64,000 bases of DNA from an uncultured Actinomycetes bacterium (lineage in GTDB: Bacteria > Actinomycetota > Thermoleophilia > UBA2241), in contig CAVYCN010000003.1 in NCBI GenBank assembly GCA_963767005.1, forward strand, positions 256,001 through 320,000, given 5' to 3'. The translations under genes were made by a program, and so were the position numbers. The notes beneath the pieces were generated by a model, which saw only the letters and a program-made list of their open reading frames with translations, had not been told where the DNA came from and did not search any database. The stretch's first letter is position 1. Each line of letters begins with the position of its first letter. Positions 59,575 to 64,000 of the stretch are shown here, piece after piece.

Positions 59575-61236
59575 CTACCCCTGACGCACCGCGCGCGGGC
59601 GCTTGCCCGACTGGGCGATCAGCTCGCGCGCCTTGAGGGCGAGCCAGAACTCCATGCGGTCCTGCGAGCTGGCGAGGTCGCGCCCCGTGATCTCCTCGAC
59701 GCGCTTCATGCGGTAGCGCAGCGTATGACGATGCACGTAGAGGCGCTCGGCGGCCTCGCCCCAGTGGCCGTTGGCCTCGAGGAAGCAGGCGAGGCTCTTG
59801 ACCAGGTCGCTCGCGTTCTGCTCGTCGTACTCGTGCAGCTTGCCGAGCACGCTGTCGTAGAAGACCTCGAGCGACACCGTGTCCTGCAGGCCCAGCAGCA
59901 GGCCGTAGGAGCCGAGGTCGTCGAAGCTCGCGATCACGCTCGTGCCGCCCTTGAGCTTGCGGATCTGGATCGCGTACAGGGCCTCGTAGTAGCTCTGCCG
60001 CAGGTCGACCAGCAGATGATGCGGGCGCCCGATGCCGATCGACACGGTGACCTCGGGGATCAGGCCGGCGATCGCCGTCTGCAGCTCGGCGGTGAGCGCC
60101 AGAATGTCGTGGGCGCTGCGCTCGCCGAGCTGCAGCAGGACGATGACCGAGTCGCTGTGCGAGGCCGAGATGAACAGCAGCTCGCGCTGGGCGAGGAACT
60201 CGTCGACCGCCCAGTGCAGGCGCTCCTTGACGTCCTGCACCGTCTCCTCGCGGTCGCGGGCGCCGTCGACGAAGGCCTTGAAGCCGTCGACGTCGACCAG
60301 CATGATGAGCTGCTCGGCGCCGGGCTCGAGGCCGAAGAAGGCGAGGCGCCGGGCGATCTCCTCTTCGTAGAGGTCGCTGGCGATGAGCTCGTCGAAGAAG
60401 TCGCCGGCGAGGCGCTTCTCGGTCTCGGCGACGGCCTTCTTCTTGACGAGCTCGAGCGCGCTCACGGTGACCACGTGGTGCAGGATGATGCGGTCGTAGT
60501 CGGAGAACTCGCCGCCGTCCTTGATGACCGCGAGGAACGCGCCGATGCGGTGCGAGGCGACCACCGGGTAGACCTGCGCGACCCCGCCGCCGCCGTGCGG
60601 CAGCTCGACCGTGAAGTCCTGGCGCGAGGCGCGCTTGTCGGAGATCTCCTTCCAGAGGTCGGCGATCAGCTCGGCCGGGATGCGGCGGCGGTGCGCCGCC
60701 TCGCAGAGCACAAGGCCGTGGAAGTCGAAGAGCACGGCCGAGCAGCCCACCAGGGCCGACAGGGTCGAGATGATGAACTGCAGGCCCTTCTCCTCGAGCA
60801 CGATCTTGGTGAGCTTCTCGTGGACGGCGAGCGAGCGCTGCAGGAGCGAGTACTGCTCGTTCACGATCTTCGAGGCGACGGCCTCGGTGATGGCGATGAA
60901 CGGCACGTTGTAGGGCACCTCGAACAGGGGGAAGTCGTGGCGCTCCGCGAGCTCGACCATGGCGTCGGGCACGGTCTTGAAACCGAAGCCGACGCCGAAA
61001 CCGAGGCCCGAGAGGTTGGCGTCGATCAGACGCTGCAGCATGGCGAGCTGTTCGGCCTCGCGGCCGACCAGGGCGAGGCCGGTCGTGAGCAGGAGCTCGC
61101 CGCCCTTGAGCCAGCGCGTCGGGTCGGACATCTCGGCGATGTGCACCCAGCGCACCGGGTTGCTCACCGCCTTCTTGCCGGCGCACAGCTTGAGGTTGAG
61201 CCCGGGGATCTCGAGGATGTCCTGAACGGTGATCAT
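59575..61236 (-). CDS. PucR-family transcriptional regulator
   Basis: N-terminal VRWVHIAE..WLKGGELLLTTG; C-terminal HTH AAERLYVHRHTLRYRM. Confidence 0.93.
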   Translation of the reverse strand: MITVQDILEIPGLNLKLCAGKKAVSNPVRWVHIAEMSDPTRWLKGGELLLTTGLALVGREAEQLAMLQRLIDANLSGLGFGVGFGFKTVPDAMVELAERHDFPLFEVPYNVPFIAITEAVASKIVNEQYSLLQRSLAVHEKLTKIVLEEKGLQFIISTLSALVGCSAVLFDFHGLVLCEAAHRRRIPAELIADLWKEISDKRASRQDFTVELPHGGGGVAQVYPVVASHRIGAFLAVIKDGGEFSDYDRIILHHVVTVSALELVKKKAVAETEKRLAGDFFDELIASDLYEEEIARRLAFFGLEPGAEQLIMLVDVDGFKAFVDGARDREETVQDVKERLHWAVDEFLAQRELLFISASHSDSVIVLLQLGERSAHDILALTAELQTAIAGLIPEVTVSIGIGRPHHLLVDLRQSYYEALYAIQIRKLKGGTSVIASFDDLGSYGLLLGLQDTVSLEVFYDSVLGKLHEYDEQNASDLVKSLACFLEANGHWGEAAERLYVHRHTLRYRMKRVEEITGRDLASSQDRMEFWLALKARELIAQSGKRPRAVRQG

Positions 61237-61449
61237 GTCGATCGGCCCCCTCCGCGCACATGCCGTCGCAGTGTGTCGCCGCCCATTCTACCTTCTGTCC
61301 AAGTGCAAGGCCAGAGGGCCGCCCATATTGTCCAAGGCGTCGATGACGAGTGGCTGGCGGCACGCCGCCCGCGGTCGTGGCCGCGACGGCCCCAGCGGCG
61401 CTCGGCGAGGCAGGCGACCCTCCCCCGGCGCCGCCTGGGTGGCCCCGGC

Positions 61450-61791
61450 TCAGGCTCCCGGCGCGTTGGCCTCGACGACGACCGCGCTGCCGTAGCAGAT
61501 GACCTCGGTCATGTTCTGCATGAGCTCGGTCGCGTCGTAGCGCACGCCGATGATGGCGTTGGCGCCCATCTGGTCGGCATGCGCCGCCATGATGGCGAAG
61601 GCCTCGGCGCGGGCCTGCTCGCACAGCTCCACATACTCGTCGATACGGCCGCCCGCCAGCGAGCGAAGGCCGGCGGCGATCTGGCTGCCGATATGCGCGG
61701 CACGCACGGTCACCCCGCGCACCACGCCCAGGTTGCGCACCACATGGCAACCCGGCATCTCGAACGTCGTCGATGTCCACGCGTAGTCCAC
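61450..61791 (-). CDS. YbjQ (UPF0145) family protein
   Basis: LGVVRG, GGRIDEY, AR.EA..M..A..MGANAIIGVRYD, YGSAV; RBS GAGGAGGG. Confidence 0.9.
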   Translation of the reverse strand: MDYAWTSTTFEMPGCHVVRNLGVVRGVTVRAAHIGSQIAAGLRSLAGGRIDEYVELCEQARAEAFAIMAAHADQMGANAIIGVRYDATELMQNMTEVICYGSAVVVEANAPGA

Positions 61792-61902
61792 GACACCCTC
61801 CTCGCTGCGGCGGCCGGTGACGACGCGGGGCATGGCGGGCCGCGTCGCGTCGCATCCTGTGTTCGCGACGCGACGGGGGCGTCCCTGCCCGGGCGGTGCG
61901 GG

Positions 61903-63000
61903 TCAGTCCATCTCGAAGACGCGGTACGGGTTCTCGCAGGGCGGACCCGCGCAGGCGTACAGGCGACGCTCGTCGAGGTCGCAGATCATGCTGCCCACCG
62001 TCTGGCCCTGCTCGGCGAGCGGCTCGCTCGTGTCGGGATGGCCGCAGATGGCCGCGTCGGGCGCGGGCTCGTGGCAGCGCAGCACACGGGCGACGAGCTC
62101 GATCGGGTCGTCGCCCCTCGCCACACCCTCGGCCAGCAGACGGCGGGCGGTGTCGAGACGCGTGCGTGTCTCCTCGTGGCGCACGGCCTCGTGACCGGCC
62201 ATCTCGGCCAGGTCGTAGTGATTGGTGTGCGCCAGGTACGACTCGCCGGAGGCGACCGCGAAGGCCGTAGCCGATGTCTCGACGTCTTCGAGGCGGCCGT
62301 GCGTGTCGGCGAAGAGCTGGTTGGTGCCCCGGGCGCGGGCGGCGAGCGTGCCGCGCGCACGCGCCTCGTCGACCGTCGGCGCCTCGATCGACCAGCGCCG
62401 CACGAAGGCGTTCGGCACACCCACCCGGTTGTCGCTGGAGTGCAGCGAGTTGCTCACGTTGCCGACGCCGTGCGAGTTCATGCCGAGCATCGGCAGGTAG
62501 GGCACGCCGGCGATCGTCAGGATGCGGGTGCCGTCGGGCACCGTGACATCGAACAGCACGTTGTTCTCGACGTCGACCACGTACCAGTCCATGTTGTGAC
62601 CCACGACGTGCCGCCCTGCGGCACTCACCGCCACGGCCGTGCAGTGGTCGCCCTGGCCGGCGCCCGCCGGCAGCGGCGCCGGGACGCCCTCGACCGGCTC
62701 GCCCGATGTGAACTCCTCGGCGCAGTTCGGCACGAAGAGCTCCATGAAGGGACGGCCCGACCCCTCGGCCATGCCCTCGAGCTCTTCGACGTACTGCGGC
62801 AGCCAGGCGCGCGCGTGGCACAGATAGGCGGCGGCCTCGCGCCGCGCGTCGACGAACGACAGGCCGCCGCTCATCGCCGCGAACTGCTCGCGGTAGAAGT
62901 CCAGGGACGCTTCGATCTGGGGTCGGGCGGCCTCGCCGATCTGGCGGCCGATCTCGCGGTACGACCCGCGAGCGCGCACGTACACGAACGGGACCGCCAT
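61903..63000 (-). CDS. C45-family autoproteolytic Ntn peptidase/acyltransferase
   Basis: EELEGMAEG, nucleophile in DHCTA, GHNMDW, GMNSHG, HTNHY, GPPC. Confidence 0.88.
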   Translation of the reverse strand: MAVPFVYVRARGSYREIGRQIGEAARPQIEASLDFYREQFAAMSGGLSFVDARREAAAYLCHARAWLPQYVEELEGMAEGSGRPFMELFVPNCAEEFTSGEPVEGVPAPLPAGAGQGDHCTAVAVSAAGRHVVGHNMDWYVVDVENNVLFDVTVPDGTRILTIAGVPYLPMLGMNSHGVGNVSNSLHSSDNRVGVPNAFVRRWSIEAPTVDEARARGTLAARARGTNQLFADTHGRLEDVETSATAFAVASGESYLAHTNHYDLAEMAGHEAVRHEETRTRLDTARRLLAEGVARGDDPIELVARVLRCHEPAPDAAICGHPDTSEPLAEQGQTVGSMICDLDERRLYACAGPPCENPYRVFEMD

Positions 63001-63117
63001 GGGGCTCCTTTCGCTCGAGCCGGTGGGCCGCCGCGCCGGGCCGATCGCCGGGGCCGGCGACGCGCACGGATAGGCGGCGGCGGGGCGGCCGCCGCAGGCG
63101 GCCGCCCCGCCGCCTTC

Positions 63118-64000
63118 CTAGCTTGCCCCTCCCAGCCGCAGGCAGGCCGCGTGGTGGCTGCCCCGCACCTGCACGTCCGAGGGGTCCTGCTGTGAGCAGA
63201 TGTCCATCACCTCGGGGCAGCGCGGATGAAAGCGACAGCCGCTCGGGATGGCGGCCGGGTTGGGCGTCTCGCCGGTGAGCACCAGGTGCTCGCGGCGGGC
63301 GGTCGGGTCGGGCACCGGGATCACGCTGATCAGGGCCTTGGTGTAGGGGTGCTGGGGGTTGGCCACGACCTCTTCGGTCTCGCCGATCTCGACGATCTTG
63401 CCGAGGTACATGACGGCGATGCGATCGGAGATCACCCAGGCCAGCGAGAGGTCGTGGGTGATGAACAGATAGGTGACGCCGAGCTCGCGCTTGTGGGCCA
63501 CCATGAGCTTCAGGATGTCGTTGCGGATCGAGACGTCGAGGCTCGCCACGGGCTCGTCGGCGACGATCATGTCGGGCTCGAGCACGATCGCCCCGGCGAT
63601 GCAGACGCGCTGGCGCTGGCCGCCGGAGAGCTCGTGCGGGTAGCGGTAGAGGTAGTCGCGGGCGGGCCGCAGGCCGGCCTCCTCTAAGGCGCGCACGACG
63701 CGCTCCTCCTTGTCGCGCTCGCTTACCACCAGGTGGTTGACCACAAGCGGCTCGGCCACGATGTCGAAGATCGTGTGCTTGGGGTTGATCGCGTTGTAGG
63801 GGTCCTGGAAGATGATCTGGCAGTTTCTCCGGTAGTCGCGGATCGCCTGGGGGCTGAAGCGCCCCACCTCGAGGCCCTTGTAGAAGATCTGGCCGCCGGT
63901 CTGGCGCTCCAAGCCCAGCAGGGTGCGCCCGGTCGTGGTCTTGCCGCAGCCGCTCTCGCCCACTAAGGCCAGGATCTCGCCGGCCCCGATCGTAAAGGAG
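63118..64000 (-). CDS. Oligopeptide/dipeptide ABC ATP-binding subunit (OppF/DppF-like), 5'-truncated
   Basis: GESGCGKT, YPHELSGGQRQR, ADEPV, HPYT, PSGCRFHPRCP; frame open to the window end. Confidence 0.93.
   Translation of the reverse strand, partial: SFTIGAGEILALVGESGCGKTTTGRTLLGLERQTGGQIFYKGLEVGRFSPQAIRDYRRNCQIIFQDPYNAINPKHTIFDIVAEPLVVNHLVVSERDKEERVVRALEEAGLRPARDYLYRYPHELSGGQRQRVCIAGAIVLEPDMIVADEPVASLDVSIRNDILKLMVAHKRELGVTYLFITHDLSLAWVISDRIAVMYLGKIVEIGETEEVVANPQHPYTKALISVIPVPDPTARREHLVLTGETPNPAAIPSGCRFHPRCPEVMDICSQQDPSDVQVRGSHHAACLRLGGAS

Overview
Very GC-rich bacterial chromosome segment; gene content and order suggest a deep-branching, probably anaerobic actinomycete such as Thermoleophilia (inference). 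Left part (1-12 kb): a putrescine aminotransferase converging on an Lrp / APC permease / metallophosphoesterase / nucleotidyltransferase-fold cluster, followed by a C1 operon (fhs, fchA, variant folD, HydC- and HydB-like subunits, no catalytic HydA/FdhA) with a Rex-like operator. Middle (12-34 kb): GNAT, larC, trehalose genes (GT4, otsA, treT), solo ImmA/IrrE protease, M23 peptidase, tRNA-Gly(CCC), M42 peptidase, orphan BlaI, argS, rlmH, a V4R-GGDEF fusion, 5-formyl-THF cyclo-ligase, a 1712-aa S8/IPT/beta-propeller surface protease and tatA. Right: a core block (tRNA-fMet, tilS, hpt, ftsH [frameshifted], folEPBK, nadB, nadC, coaX, dus, greA, lysS, clpC, radA, carD, PIN/TRAM, ispD, ispF), then NlpC/P60, ald with Lrp, SDR, PucR, YbjQ, C45 peptidase and a partial peptide ABC ATPase. 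No integrase, transposase or CRISPR-cas was found. Best novelty candidates: the NTase + phosphoesterase + amine permease module, the HydBC-without-HydA C1 operon, and a ~60-bp structured dispersed repeat with compensatory base changes. Codon-anomalous patches in conserved genes suggest assembly chimerism or recombination. All calls come from reading motifs by eye; no database search was run.
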